Source: Candidatus Woesearchaeota archaeon UBA489
GTDB lineage: Archaea > Nanobdellota > Nanobdellia > SCGC-AAA011-G17 > UBA489
DNA: 52,358 nucleotides
NCBI GenBank assembly: GCA_002505585.1
Contig: DAVM01000016.1
Span: 1 to 52,358 of the forward strand
Reading direction: 5' to 3'
Within the stretch, counting starts at the first letter, position 1; each line of letters opens with the position of its first letter. The notes under the pieces were generated by a model. The model was not told the origin of the DNA and searched no databases. It saw only the letters and a program-made list of their open reading frames with translations. A program made the position numbers and the translations under genes. This document shows, one piece after another, positions 37,899 through 47,754 of this stretch.

Positions 37899-38272
37899 GA
37901 AACTATTTTGACTGTTTTTTAGGTATACCAATAACTATATAAAGCACTTTATCTACCCTTCTTGTAAGCCCACCATGAGAATACTCAACGGAGTTCGGCT
38001 ATGGCCAAGACTATGATCTTGGGAGTTAGTGTCGTGGGCGAAATAAACTCATATTCACAGGACAAGGTCAAAATCAAACGCATTGCATTAACATTCACCG
38101 AATAAATCATATTTGTTGATTTTAAGCCATTTTTGGCTCAATATGAAAGAAAGAAACCTATTTTAAAAGGTTTCTAACATACCTTGTTCTTTGATCTGAT
38201 AAAAACAAAAGAGTGTCTCAATGAAAAACGAAAGAATCATGATGAAAATCACATTATGTGGAGGAAAGAAAA

Positions 38273-39586
38273 ATGGGAAAAATAAGCCCTGTATCAGCGA
38301 AATATATTATTCACGCGCATATTCAAATAGAAGGAGTGGTAGATCGCTCTGATGTTATTGGCTCAGTTTTTGGGCAGACAGAGGGATTATTAGGTACAGA
38401 TTTAGAACTACGTGAATTACAACGTTCTGGTCGTATTGGAAGAATTGAAGTTGAATTAGAAACTAAAGGTGGAAAGACCTCTGGAGATATTATTATTCCA
38501 AGTTCTTTGGATAAGGTAGAGACTGCTTTAATTGCTGCTTCTCTTGAAACTATTCAACGTATTGGTCCTTGTAATTCTAAAGTGAAGATTTTACAAGTTG
38601 AAGATGTTCGTATTGCTAAGCGTGGTCAAGTTATTGATCGTGCTAAAGAGTTATTAGATAAATTAACACATGGAGTGCTTCCAGATACTAAGGATGTTAA
38701 AGATAAAGTTTCTGATGCTTTAAAAGTTGGAGATGTTACCGAATTTGGTAAAGACCGTTTACCTGCTGGTCCAGATATTGAAGAATCTAAGGATATCATT
38801 TTAGTTGAAGGACGTGCTGATGTTATAGCTTTATTAAAAGCTGGAATAAAAAACTCTATTGGGTTAAATGGTACTTCTATCCCACAAACTATTGTTGACC
38901 TTTGTAAAACAAAAAGTGCTACAGTTTTTGTGGATGGAGACCGTGGTGGTGACTTAATTGTCAAAGAATTAGGATTAGTTACTAAGATTGATTTTGTAAC
39001 ACAAGCTCCTGATGGGAAAGAAGTTGAAGAGCTTACGCAAAAAGAAATTTTGAAAGCTTTACGGAGTAAAGTTCCTTTTGATAAAAGAAGAGCTCCTGTT
39101 AGAAAAACAACAACTAGAACAATTCCTTCTAAAACAGCTACTACTAGAGTGCAAGCTACTAGAGGAAGAACTGCTAGTCCTGCTAGAACTCCTAGAGGAA
39201 GAACTAGGGAAACAACTTCTACAACTAGAAAAAGCTTTCAAGGAGCTGAAAGAAGACCTAGAATGACTTCTCCTATTAGAGCTAGAAGATTATCTACTAA
39301 AGATAGTGAAAACTTCAAGAAGTTGTTAGAAGATTTAGTTGGCACTAAGGGTGCTTATATCTTAGATGTAGAAAAAAAGGTTTTAGGAAAAGTACCTGCT
39401 AGTGAGCTCTCTTCTACAATTGGTTCTTTAAGGAGTGGAATAAATGCTATTGTATTAGATGGTGCAATTACTGATGATATTGTTTCTGTTGCTGAGAAAG
39501 CACATGTGCGTGTCATTGTTGGTATGAGTTCAAAAGTTAATGCTGAAAGAACTCGTGTGCATCTTGTAACTAACAAAGATTTATAA
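38273..39586 (+). CDS. dnaG: Archaeal DnaG (TOPRIM primase / exosome-associated)
   Basis: GQTEGLLG..L.LRELQRSGRIGRI, VEGRADV, DGDRGG; SD GGAGG. Confidence 0.95.
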   Translation: MGKISPVSAKYIIHAHIQIEGVVDRSDVIGSVFGQTEGLLGTDLELRELQRSGRIGRIEVELETKGGKTSGDIIIPSSLDKVETALIAASLETIQRIGPCNSKVKILQVEDVRIAKRGQVIDRAKELLDKLTHGVLPDTKDVKDKVSDALKVGDVTEFGKDRLPAGPDIEESKDIILVEGRADVIALLKAGIKNSIGLNGTSIPQTIVDLCKTKSATVFVDGDRGGDLIVKELGLVTKIDFVTQAPDGKEVEELTQKEILKALRSKVPFDKRRAPVRKTTTRTIPSKTATTRVQATRGRTASPARTPRGRTRETTSTTRKSFQGAERRPRMTSPIRARRLSTKDSENFKKLLEDLVGTKGAYILDVEKKVLGKVPASELSSTIGSLRSGINAIVLDGAITDDIVSVAEKAHVRVIVGMSSKVNAERTRVHLVTNKDL

Positions 39587-39617
39587 GGTATAACTAATAT
39601 ATAAAAAGAGGTGATGT

Positions 39618-40121
39618 ATGGAATACGCAAAAGGGAATAAGTGGAAGCTTATCCCTAAAATTGCTGTTTTAGGTGGTATTTTACTAGCTTTATTTGTAGC
39701 TGGTTATTATTCTGGGTATTTGCGTGAAGATTGTGAGCAAGACAAAAAGTGTTTTGATGAAAAATTAAAAGAGTGTAAATCTGTGCAAGTTGTTACTGTT
39801 AAAAACAATAATGCTTATCTGTATTGGGTTGGAAATTCTTTAGGAAATACTTGTGAAGTGAATATTAAGTTGCTTCGTGTTGAGGCTGGTGCTGCTCCTG
39901 AATTTAGACAGTTATTAGAAGGAAAGGAAATGGAGTGTAAGATTCCTAAAAAAGAGTTAAGTTCTATTCAGATTGATGAGTTAGATAATTTGATGCAATA
40001 TTGTCATGGTGAACTTAAAGAAGGTTTATACGAATTAATCATTCAGCGTATGTATGAACTTGTTGTTTCTCAGTTAGGTGATATTATTATAGAAGCAGAA
40101 AAAGTGTTAAAAGAAATTTAA
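39618..40121 (+). CDS. Membrane-anchored Cys-containing hypothetical protein
   Basis: N-terminal TM, C....CF.....C, MEC, YCHG.LKE. Confidence 0.65.
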   Translation: MEYAKGNKWKLIPKIAVLGGILLALFVAGYYSGYLREDCEQDKKCFDEKLKECKSVQVVTVKNNNAYLYWVGNSLGNTCEVNIKLLRVEAGAAPEFRQLLEGKEMECKIPKKELSSIQIDELDNLMQYCHGELKEGLYELIIQRMYELVVSQLGDIIIEAEKVLKEI

Positions 40122-40128
40122 AAGTAAA

Positions 40129-40404
40129 CGACAGACGCGCCGAAGAGTGGACACAAATAACAACTGACAGCTTAACCCTCAGCTTTCCTCCTTCTCGTTA
40201 CCCTGAAAGCGCCAATAAGTATGATATTGGCTGCTGTATTCCTACCCTGACCAGGTTCTCATACTTACCAACCAATCAGGACGAGAGATCGTCGTACGGT
40301 CGAGGACCATCAATCAAAACCTATGCCGCTTCTTCAGCTTCAACTCCACCTAAAGTTCGCTTGTGGTAACAGCGTGGAACTAGCACGCCAGTCTAGCCTG
40401 TCAG
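40129..40404 (-). ncRNA. ffs: Archaeal SRP RNA (7S)
   Basis: Minus strand has helix 8 GGTCAGGGTA-GGAA-TACAGCAGCC; terminal pairing GACAGGC/GTCTGTC; GC-rich island; TTTAAA box upstream; ends approximate. Confidence 0.88.
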
Positions 40405-40448
40405 GATATAGAGTGGTTGGAGTTCTTTTAAAGGTTACTATATAGGAG

Positions 40449-40901
40449 TTATTTGAAGTATAGGAGTTGTTTTTGTAGTTTGTGGTTGTTTATGAGGATT
40501 ACTTTACCTATTAATTGTGTGACAGGTCCATGGTGTCTGCTGTCTTGTGATAGTGCTAAGTTTTGCCCTTGTAGCCAGTATTCACCTGGTTGCAAGATTT
40601 GTTTCTTTCCTGTTGTAAAAGTGAGTGTTTGTCCTGGTAGTCCATAGACTTGCTTGAGAATTCGTTCTCCTGTGTTTGGAGCTAGTGCAAGGACAATATC
40701 TCCTATGTTTATTGAAGGAGGTTTGTTTGTAAAGCGCGTGATAGTAACTTTGTCTCCATCATAAATGAGTGGTTCCATAGAAGATCCGCTTACAGGAATG
40801 TTAGTATCTAGCCTAGTACTTATCTGGTGTCCAAGATGGTAAGCTCCTAAAGCTAAAATTCCTACTAAACCTACAATACGAATCCTTTTTGAAAATGACA
40901 T
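40449..40901 (-). CDS. Signal peptidase I (S26 family)
   Basis: GSSMEP (Ser), ILKQV (Lys), G.N...SQDSRHHG. Confidence 0.85.
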   Translation of the reverse strand: MSFSKRIRIVGLVGILALGAYHLGHQISTRLDTNIPVSGSSMEPLIYDGDKVTITRFTNKPPSINIGDIVLALAPNTGERILKQVYGLPGQTLTFTTGKKQILQPGEYWLQGQNLALSQDSRHHGPVTQLIGKVILINNHKLQKQLLYFK

Positions 40902-40903
40902 AG

Positions 40904-41815
40904 TTAAGTAAGTTGGGGCATAGTTTGTGTTACATCTACTTTCCCTATTTCACTACCCATTCCTTTTCCCATGTAAAAGAATCCTTCTGAAGTTATTTCT
41001 GACAACATGGCAATCCATCCTTTTTTCTTTTCATAAATTATTGTATCTGCTTCTGTTATATTTGCTAATTCTTTTGTTATATTTATGGCTAACTCCTTCC
41101 CTCCTAAGTAATCTACTAAGCCTAATTCTTTTGCTTCTATTCCTAAATAATAGATGCCATTGGAAAAGTCTTCTACTTCTCTTAAAGGTAAGTTTCTATT
41201 TTTACTCACGTCTTCTACGAAGTAGTCATGTATTAAGTCTAATTTTTTCAATAATAATACCCTTTCTTCTTCTGTCATTTTTTTGTATGGGCTTCCTATG
41301 TCTTTGTATTTCCCTGTTTTCAATCCTTCGTAGGTTACTCCATATTCTTCGAATAGGTCTGAGAATTCTAGTAATGTTGAGATTACTCCTATGCTTCCTG
41401 TTAAAGAAAGTTCATCTGCTACTATTGCATCGCTTGCACTTGCTGCCCAGTAGGCTCCTGATGTTCCTATTTCTCTTATCCATGCTACTGTTGGTTTTTC
41501 TGTTCCTTTTATTGCTTCTACTATTTCTTTTGATGCTAATACTGTTCCGCCTGGGCTGTTGATCGCTAATACTATTCCTTTTACGTTGTTATTTTTTTCT
41601 GCTTCTTTTAGTAAGGTTACTATGTCTTGTGAAAGTACTGCATTAGTTGTTAAAAAGCTTGTACTGTCACTTCCTAGTATGGTTCCTTTGATTGGTACTA
41701 TTGCTATTTTGTCTCCTATTTCTGTGTCTAAAAAGTATGCTAATACATAGCTTGTTACTAATAAGAGTGCTAAGACTACTATAATTGTTTTAAATTTTCC
41801 CATTTGTTCCTCCAA
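40904..41815 (-). CDS. sppA: Signal peptide peptidase SppA (S49)
   Basis: INSPGG, TSGAYW, TGSIGV, GKYKD. Confidence 0.93.
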   Translation of the reverse strand: MEEQMGKFKTIIVVLALLLVTSYVLAYFLDTEIGDKIAIVPIKGTILGSDSTSFLTTNAVLSQDIVTLLKEAEKNNNVKGIVLAINSPGGTVLASKEIVEAIKGTEKPTVAWIREIGTSGAYWAASASDAIVADELSLTGSIGVISTLLEFSDLFEEYGVTYEGLKTGKYKDIGSPYKKMTEEERVLLLKKLDLIHDYFVEDVSKNRNLPLREVEDFSNGIYYLGIEAKELGLVDYLGGKELAINITKELANITEADTIIYEKKKGWIAMLSEITSEGFFYMGKGMGSEIGKVDVTQTMPQLT

Positions 41816-42275
41816 TTAGCACTTCTGTTTTTGAAAGTACTTCTGTGTATCTTTGGTTTCCTCCTCTAAAAAGTAAGTAAACTAAATCTAATAAGAGTAA
41901 GAATGTTGAGAATTTTGTTATGTTTCTCATGACACATTGACCAAAAGTATACTTTTTTGTTGTTGGTACTACGCTTATGTTTACTAAGTATTTTCCTAAG
42001 GTTTGTCTTATTCTATAATCCAATATTGCCCAGTATAATATGGTTAAGAGTGTTATTGCAAAAGAAATAATTAATAATTGTGTTACTGCTTGTGGGTGTT
42101 GTTGTATATAAGTAAAAGTTTCTGTAAAGCTTCCTTGTTGTGTGTAATTGTCTAATAATTTTTGTAGCGGATAAAGTACTACTAAGGTTACTACACTTAT
42201 ATCTATCAAGTAGGCTATTCCTCTTCTCCAAAGTGGTGCTGGAGTGCTTCTTCTAAGGAGTTTTTTGTAATCCAT
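41790..42275 (-). CDS. RDD family membrane protein
   Basis: WRRGIAYLID, QTLGK, RN, QR... Confidence 0.88.
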   Translation of the reverse strand: MDYKKLLRRSTPAPLWRRGIAYLIDISVVTLVVLYPLQKLLDNYTQQGSFTETFTYIQQHPQAVTQLLIISFAITLLTILYWAILDYRIRQTLGKYLVNISVVPTTKKYTFGQCVMRNITKFSTFLLLLDLVYLLFRGGNQRYTEVLSKTEVLIGGTNGKI

Positions 42276-42326
42276 ACTTAAACTAAAATGGTTAATTATT
42301 TAAAACCTCCTATCTGCGTTCTCAAA

Positions 42327-44009
42327 ATGTCATTTTATGTAGAGTTAGAAAAGCGTTTGAAAGATATTAAGACTAGAGAGGAGTTGATGAAGGTTCGTAA
42401 GGAGTTGTCTAAAAAGTTTAAGCTTCCTCATATGCCTACTATTATTCAGATGCTTTGTCATCTTAAAGAGGATCAAGTTGCTAAATTTAAAAGGTTGATG
42501 GTTACTAAGCCTACTCGTACTATTTCTGGTGTTGCTCCTCTTGCTACTATGACTATGCCTTTTAATTGTCCTGTGCAGGCTAAGTGTACTTTTTGTCCTG
42601 GTGGTCCTGGTTCTGTGTATGGCGATACTCCTAAAAGTTATCCTGGTGGTTCTCCTGCTCATAAAAGAGCTGAAAGAAATAAGTATGATCCTTACTTACA
42701 AGTCTTTAACCGTTTAGAACATTATTGTTTACTGAATCAGGATTGTAGTAAGATTGAGTTGATTATTATGGGTGGTACTTTTACTACTTATCCTTTACGG
42801 TATCGTCATGAGTTTATTACTCTTACTCTTAAGGCTATGAATGATTTTTCTGATTGGTTTTTCACTCCTGAATTTGATATTAAAAAGTTTAAAGAATTTT
42901 TTGAGTTGCCTACTGATTTGCTTGATGATAATCGTACTAAAAGAATTCATGAAAAGTTGTTAAAGCTTCGCGGAGAGTCAAATTTGGAAGTGGAACAAAA
43001 GCGTAATGAGATTGCTCATATTCGTTGTGTTACTTTTTGTATTGAGACTCGTGCTGATTGTGCTAAGGAAGTGCATACTAATGATATGTTGAAGCTTGGT
43101 GCTACTCGTGTTGAGGTTGGTGTGCAAAGTTTGTATGATGATGTTTTACAAAAGGTTGAGCGTGGTAATGATAATGCTGATAATATTCAGGCTTCACAAT
43201 TGTTGCGTGATGCTTTCCTAAAAATTGGGTATCATATGATGATTGGTTTGCCTGGTTCTTCTGCTGAACGTGATATTGCTATGCATAAAGAATTATTTTC
43301 TAATCCTGCTTACAAGCCTGATGCTTTGAAGGTGTATCCTTGTATGGTATTCAAAGGAACTAAACTATTTGATCAATGGAAAAAAGGAGAATTCACTCCT
43401 ATTGACGCTCTTGAAGCTCGTAATCGTATTGTTGCTATCAAGCCTTTTTTTCCTGAGTATTGTCGTGTGATGCGTATCCAGCGTGATATTCCTAGTTCTA
43501 TGGTTGAAGCTGGTGTTGAAAAAACTAATTTGCGTCAAGAAATTCATAATGAGTTAATTAAAAAAGGTATTAAGTGTAAGTGTATTCGTTGTCGTGAGCC
43601 TAAAAATAGAGAAGTCGATTGGTCTGCTGTTAGATTGAAGCGTTTTAATTTTGAGGCTTCTAATGGTCAAGAGGTTTTTTTGTCTTTTGAAGATACTAAG
43701 AATGATTTATTACTTGCTTTCACTCGTTTGCGTTTGCCTTACCAACCATATAGAAAAGAAATTACTCCAAACACTGCTGGTATTCGTGAGATTCATGTGT
43801 ATGGTGCTGCTGTTGAAATTGGTAAAGAGAGTTCTAAAGTGCAACATAAAGGGTTAGGTTTGCAATTAATGGAGGAAGCTGAGAAGATTGCTGTTGAAGA
43901 ATTAGATGCAAAAAAGATGTGCATCATTGCAGGCATAGGTGTCAGAGAATACTTCAAACAACAACTACATTACAAACAAGACGGACCTTATGTTAGTAAA
44001 AAACTATAG
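42327..44009 (+). CDS. elp3: Elp3 radical-SAM/KAT tRNA U34 carboxymethyltransferase
   Basis: RTISGVA, C....C..CPGG, MGGTF, RIQRDIP, CIRCRE, QHKGLG, GIGVREY. Confidence 0.95.
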   Translation: MSFYVELEKRLKDIKTREELMKVRKELSKKFKLPHMPTIIQMLCHLKEDQVAKFKRLMVTKPTRTISGVAPLATMTMPFNCPVQAKCTFCPGGPGSVYGDTPKSYPGGSPAHKRAERNKYDPYLQVFNRLEHYCLLNQDCSKIELIIMGGTFTTYPLRYRHEFITLTLKAMNDFSDWFFTPEFDIKKFKEFFELPTDLLDDNRTKRIHEKLLKLRGESNLEVEQKRNEIAHIRCVTFCIETRADCAKEVHTNDMLKLGATRVEVGVQSLYDDVLQKVERGNDNADNIQASQLLRDAFLKIGYHMMIGLPGSSAERDIAMHKELFSNPAYKPDALKVYPCMVFKGTKLFDQWKKGEFTPIDALEARNRIVAIKPFFPEYCRVMRIQRDIPSSMVEAGVEKTNLRQEIHNELIKKGIKCKCIRCREPKNREVDWSAVRLKRFNFEASNGQEVFLSFEDTKNDLLLAFTRLRLPYQPYRKEITPNTAGIREIHVYGAAVEIGKESSKVQHKGLGLQLMEEAEKIAVEELDAKKMCIIAGIGVREYFKQQLHYKQDGPYVSKKL

Positions 44010-44037
44010 CCTTCTCCTAAACCTGCAGAATATTCCT

Positions 44038-44586
44038 TTATCTATAACCTATTATTATAAGATCACTATTAACATTTCCTGTTAATGTTCCTATTACTTT
44101 TACATGTAGTTTTTTCTCTGGTGTTAGTGGCAACCAAAATGTATCTGAATTAAGAACCCATGCAGCGTTACCATAATCATAAAAGCCTAATGAACTCTTG
44201 TATACTTTGTTTCCTTCTTGTGTATAAATGTCATACCGTCCAAGTTTATTCTCTTTTCCAAAATCTCCTCTTCTAATGCTTGCATAAACTAGTATTTCCT
44301 TTGCTGTTGCAGGAATAGCAGTTAAAGAATATGCTTTATCTCCCCTATAGGGGAGTGCTCCCAGTCGTTTGTCTGTCGAGATCCATGTTGCAGCACTTCT
44401 GCTGTTTACAATAGCATCTACTGTTTCCTGCAAACTTTTCTCTTGCCCTTTATAAGTAACTGTTACTTCATCTGCTCCATGACCTGGATTAGGTTTAGCT
44501 GCTTGTGCAACAACAAACCCAACAGCAACAATAAGAATAATTAAAAGCCATAAATGCGTCTTCTGGATGTTTATCTTAAATTCCAT
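44038..44586 (-). CDS. Secreted/anchored hypothetical protein
   Basis: N-terminal TM then PNPGHGADEV motif; beta-rich C-terminal domain. Confidence 0.6.
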   Translation of the reverse strand: MEFKINIQKTHLWLLIILIVAVGFVVAQAAKPNPGHGADEVTVTYKGQEKSLQETVDAIVNSRSAATWISTDKRLGALPYRGDKAYSLTAIPATAKEILVYASIRRGDFGKENKLGRYDIYTQEGNKVYKSSLGFYDYGNAAWVLNSDTFWLPLTPEKKLHVKVIGTLTGNVNSDLIIIGYR

Positions 44587-46337
44587 CTTACATTCCTCTT
44601 AAACCCATAGAACGTCACTAACAACAACAAAGTCACTAAGATATTAAACCCACTAAAGAACGGAAAGTCTTCTTTTGGTTCTTCAAAACATGCTAGTGTT
44701 TTTGGGTATCTTGTACAAAGAGTATTACAATGTGCTCCTCCTGTTGATGTACAAGTTTGTTTTTGTTGTTTGTTAGTACAACTGCCTATAGGATATTGTG
44801 CACTGCAGGTTGGTGAAATACAACTTGGTGCTCCTGGTTGACAAACTTTTTTAACACTTCCTATTTTTTCACATTGTTGTGTTGTGCTTAGTTTCAAACA
44901 GCCTCCTACTCCTTTGATACAGTATTGGACTGTATTAAGTTTGCTTCTATCACATATTGCAAAGAGTCCTGTTGGTTTTCCTTTACATTTTGGATCTGTT
45001 TTACAACTTCCTCCATCTTTTCCTGGTATTAATTTACAATCTTTATAACACTTATATTTTGTTCCACAGTTTCTTGTTGAACTTACTTCTGTTTTATTAT
45101 ATTGACAATTATTACTTCCTTCGTCACATTCTTCTCCTTTGCTTCTTTGTGTTTTTCCATCTCCACATTCTTCTCCTGATGAAGTGTCAGGTGTTACTGT
45201 TAGGGGTGCACTTGATCCTGAACTTATTTGTATGTTTTGTGAGCTCATTGCTTGGAAGGAATATTTATTACTTCTTCCACTATGATATTCTGCTTCCCAT
45301 GTTGTTTTTGCTTTTCCTCCACTAAATCGTGCTATTTGTGGATCTCTTTGTGCTGGTTTATTATCACTGTCTATTACATTAAAAGCAAAAGTTAGGTTTG
45401 CACAACTTGCATCTCCTGTTACTTCTAGTCCTGCATTGTTTCCTTCTACTATTGATGGTAGAGTTGTCCATTTTGCTTTCAAACTTTTTGTACATTTGTC
45501 GTAGTTTCTACAATTATCTCCTGTTTTTTCTATTGAACATGCATCTCCTGGGAATTTATCACAGACATCTCCTGCTCCGTCTCCGTCTGTATCTTTTTGT
45601 CCTGCTTCACAAACTCCTCCTGGACAAAGAAGTATGTCTGCTTTTTCTGCTTGTTTTGGATCACAGACTTTTCCATTATTTCCTCCACCTATGCAAGTTC
45701 CTATTAATGGTCCGTTTGGTGTTTTTTGACAATTGTCTTGACAGGTCTTCAAATCATGATGCACTTTTGGATTACAAGGTTTTGTTCCTACGTCGTCATA
45801 GACTCCGTCTTTGTCTGTGTCTTTTATGATTGGTGATCCTTCTTTACAACAGATTTTTATTGGATAATCTACACATCTTCCTACGTGTGCATTTGTTTTT
45901 CCTGATAAGGATCCTAAACATTGGGCTCTTATATCTGTACATTTTTCTGCATAAGTACAACTTAGTCTTCCATAACATACTGGTACTGTATATCCTGTTT
46001 CAAGTTTTGTTTGTACATGTGCATTGTCTTTTCCTGATAATCTTACTATCATGTTTGCGTCGTTTGGTGAACAAGTTCTTTCAGTTGAGCTTATGGGATC
46101 TTCTGCACAAAGTACGTGGGTGTATTTTTCATGGTTAAAATTAAAGAGTGCTGCGTGGGCATTGTTCATTCCTGATAACTTCAAAATTACTTTATCTGCT
46201 GGGCATTTTGCTGTTTCTGTTACAAAAGCTCCTGTTAGGAGTGAGGATGATTCGTCGAGAGTAGTTGGTGTGCTTGCTAAATAGCCTGCAAGGAGTACGA
46301 GAAGGACTGGTCCTAGTATTTTTAGCTCAAAATCCAT
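44571..46337 (-). CDS. Cys-rich cell-surface protein with TSP3-like Ca-binding repeats and C-terminal anchor
   Basis: Three LSG..NAH repeats, DTDKDGVYD / DTDGDGAGDVCD, CGDG...GEECDEG, FPFF plus TM plus basic tail. Confidence 0.75.
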   Translation of the reverse strand: MDFELKILGPVLLVLLAGYLASTPTTLDESSSLLTGAFVTETAKCPADKVILKLSGMNNAHAALFNFNHEKYTHVLCAEDPISSTERTCSPNDANMIVRLSGKDNAHVQTKLETGYTVPVCYGRLSCTYAEKCTDIRAQCLGSLSGKTNAHVGRCVDYPIKICCKEGSPIIKDTDKDGVYDDVGTKPCNPKVHHDLKTCQDNCQKTPNGPLIGTCIGGGNNGKVCDPKQAEKADILLCPGGVCEAGQKDTDGDGAGDVCDKFPGDACSIEKTGDNCRNYDKCTKSLKAKWTTLPSIVEGNNAGLEVTGDASCANLTFAFNVIDSDNKPAQRDPQIARFSGGKAKTTWEAEYHSGRSNKYSFQAMSSQNIQISSGSSAPLTVTPDTSSGEECGDGKTQRSKGEECDEGSNNCQYNKTEVSSTRNCGTKYKCYKDCKLIPGKDGGSCKTDPKCKGKPTGLFAICDRSKLNTVQYCIKGVGGCLKLSTTQQCEKIGSVKKVCQPGAPSCISPTCSAQYPIGSCTNKQQKQTCTSTGGAHCNTLCTRYPKTLACFEEPKEDFPFFSGFNILVTLLLLVTFYGFKRNVRWNLR

Positions 46338-46461
46338 ATAAACAACCTCTTTTAGTAGATTATTATACTTTGTTTTGATTTATAAACGTTCCGTTGGAGA
46401 ACCATTTAGCAATTAAAAGAGCAAAGGTTTATAAAGCAAGGAACAGGTTAGTGTTCTTACT

Positions 46462-46752
46462 ATGGCAACTAGAGTTGGTGGCTTCAGAAGGAAGACTCGT
46501 TCAAAATTAAGGAAGAATGTTAAGCTTCGTGGAAAGATTAGTATTCGTAAATATTTCCAAGGGTTTAAGATAGGTGACCGTGTAGTGTTGTCTGCTGAAC
46601 CTGCTATCCAGAAGGGTATGTATTTCCCTCGGTATCATGGTAAGAGTGGTATTATTAAGGCAAAGCAAGGTAATTGTTATCAAGTTGCTTTTAAGGATGG
46701 GAATAAATTAAAGACTGCTATTACTCATCCTATTCATTTGAAGAGGGCTTAA
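46462..46752 (+). CDS. rpl21e: 50S ribosomal protein L21e
   Basis: RRKTRSKL, FKIGDRV, KGM...RYHGKSG, HPIHL. Confidence 0.95.
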   Translation: MATRVGGFRRKTRSKLRKNVKLRGKISIRKYFQGFKIGDRVVLSAEPAIQKGMYFPRYHGKSGIIKAKQGNCYQVAFKDGNKLKTAITHPIHLKRA

Positions 46753-46756
46753 AAAA

Positions 46757-47089
46757 ATGGCTGAAATTGAAATTTTAGAAGAGAACACTATTTCCTTAGC
46801 GGAATTGAAGGAGAAGTTGGAGAAGATTCCTCTGAAGGAAGAGCCTGGTTTTAGAACTAAGAAGATGACTGAGTACTTAAATAATTTTGTTAAAATAAAG
46901 TCTAAAGATGCTTCTGCTTTGCGTGAAAAATTAAATGGTTTGAATTTGTTAAGATTAAATGATCGTTGTATTACTAAGCTTATTGATATTCATCCTACAG
47001 AAGGCGATAGTTTACGTATGGTTTTAGCTTCAGAGAATATTACAGTAAAACAAGAGGATTTGAATAAGATTTTAGAGTGTTTAAAGTGA
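46757..47089 (+). CDS. rpoF: RNA polymerase subunit F (Rpo4)
   Basis: HRDC-like pattern (EYLNNF, KLIDIHP) at the conserved L21e-rpoF-DUF655 position. Confidence 0.85.
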   Translation: MAEIEILEENTISLAELKEKLEKIPLKEEPGFRTKKMTEYLNNFVKIKSKDASALREKLNGLNLLRLNDRCITKLIDIHPTEGDSLRMVLASENITVKQEDLNKILECLK

Positions 47090-47131
47090 TTGAAAGAAAA
47101 AATAAACCGTACAATTTAATGGAGTGCAAAA

Positions 47132-47704
47132 ATGCAACAGAGGAAACCAGTAATGAAAGAAGAGAAGGCAGTTGTGCTAGATTTTCTACCGAATGGCTAC
47201 CCTTTCGACAAACGTCCGATGCATATGAAGACTCCTATTGCTCAAGCAATTGGTAAAGAGCATTTTGTTATTCTTGAACTTGTTCCTAAGAAAGGTGTTT
47301 TTCTCCAACCTAATGAAGAAGTGTATATGGGTGAAGGAAAACGTGACCAAGTACATCATGTGATTGGTCGTATTGAGTTCGAAAAACTTACGCAGACTGC
47401 TCGTTCTTCTGTTGAGGATTTTATAGCTTCTGTTGTTAAAGCTAATGAGCCTAAGTTTGTTGCATTTTTTAATAAAGCTGGTCCTATTAATATGCGTCGT
47501 CATCAGATTGAATTAATTCCTGGTATGGGAAAGAAGCATATGTGGGAAGTTATTGAAGCTCGAAAAGAAGAAGAATTTAAGAGTTTTAATGATTTGAAGA
47601 AACGGGTTAAATTAATGCCTGATCCTGAGAAAGCTATTTACAAACGTATTTTGATGGAAATCAAAGGTGAAGATAAATTCAATCTCTTTGTAAGTAATGT
47701 TTGA
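47132..47704 (+). CDS. DUF655 family predicted RNA-binding protein
   Basis: VLDFLPNG, AQAIG..HF.ILEL, FFNKAGPI..R.HQ.EL.PG.GKK. Confidence 0.9.
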   Translation: MQQRKPVMKEEKAVVLDFLPNGYPFDKRPMHMKTPIAQAIGKEHFVILELVPKKGVFLQPNEEVYMGEGKRDQVHHVIGRIEFEKLTQTARSSVEDFIASVVKANEPKFVAFFNKAGPINMRRHQIELIPGMGKKHMWEVIEARKEEEFKSFNDLKKRVKLMPDPEKAIYKRILMEIKGEDKFNLFVSNV

Positions 47705-47754
47705 ATAGTTTCATCAGAAAGCTTTTTAAACCCATTTTGCTCATTCTTGACTCT

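Noticed and set aside
37968-38040. tRNA or 5S rRNA call for the 73-nt GCCCAC...GTGGGCG element
   Set aside because: No T-loop or cloverleaf, and too short for 5S without its helices; kept only as an unknown structured RNA candidate.
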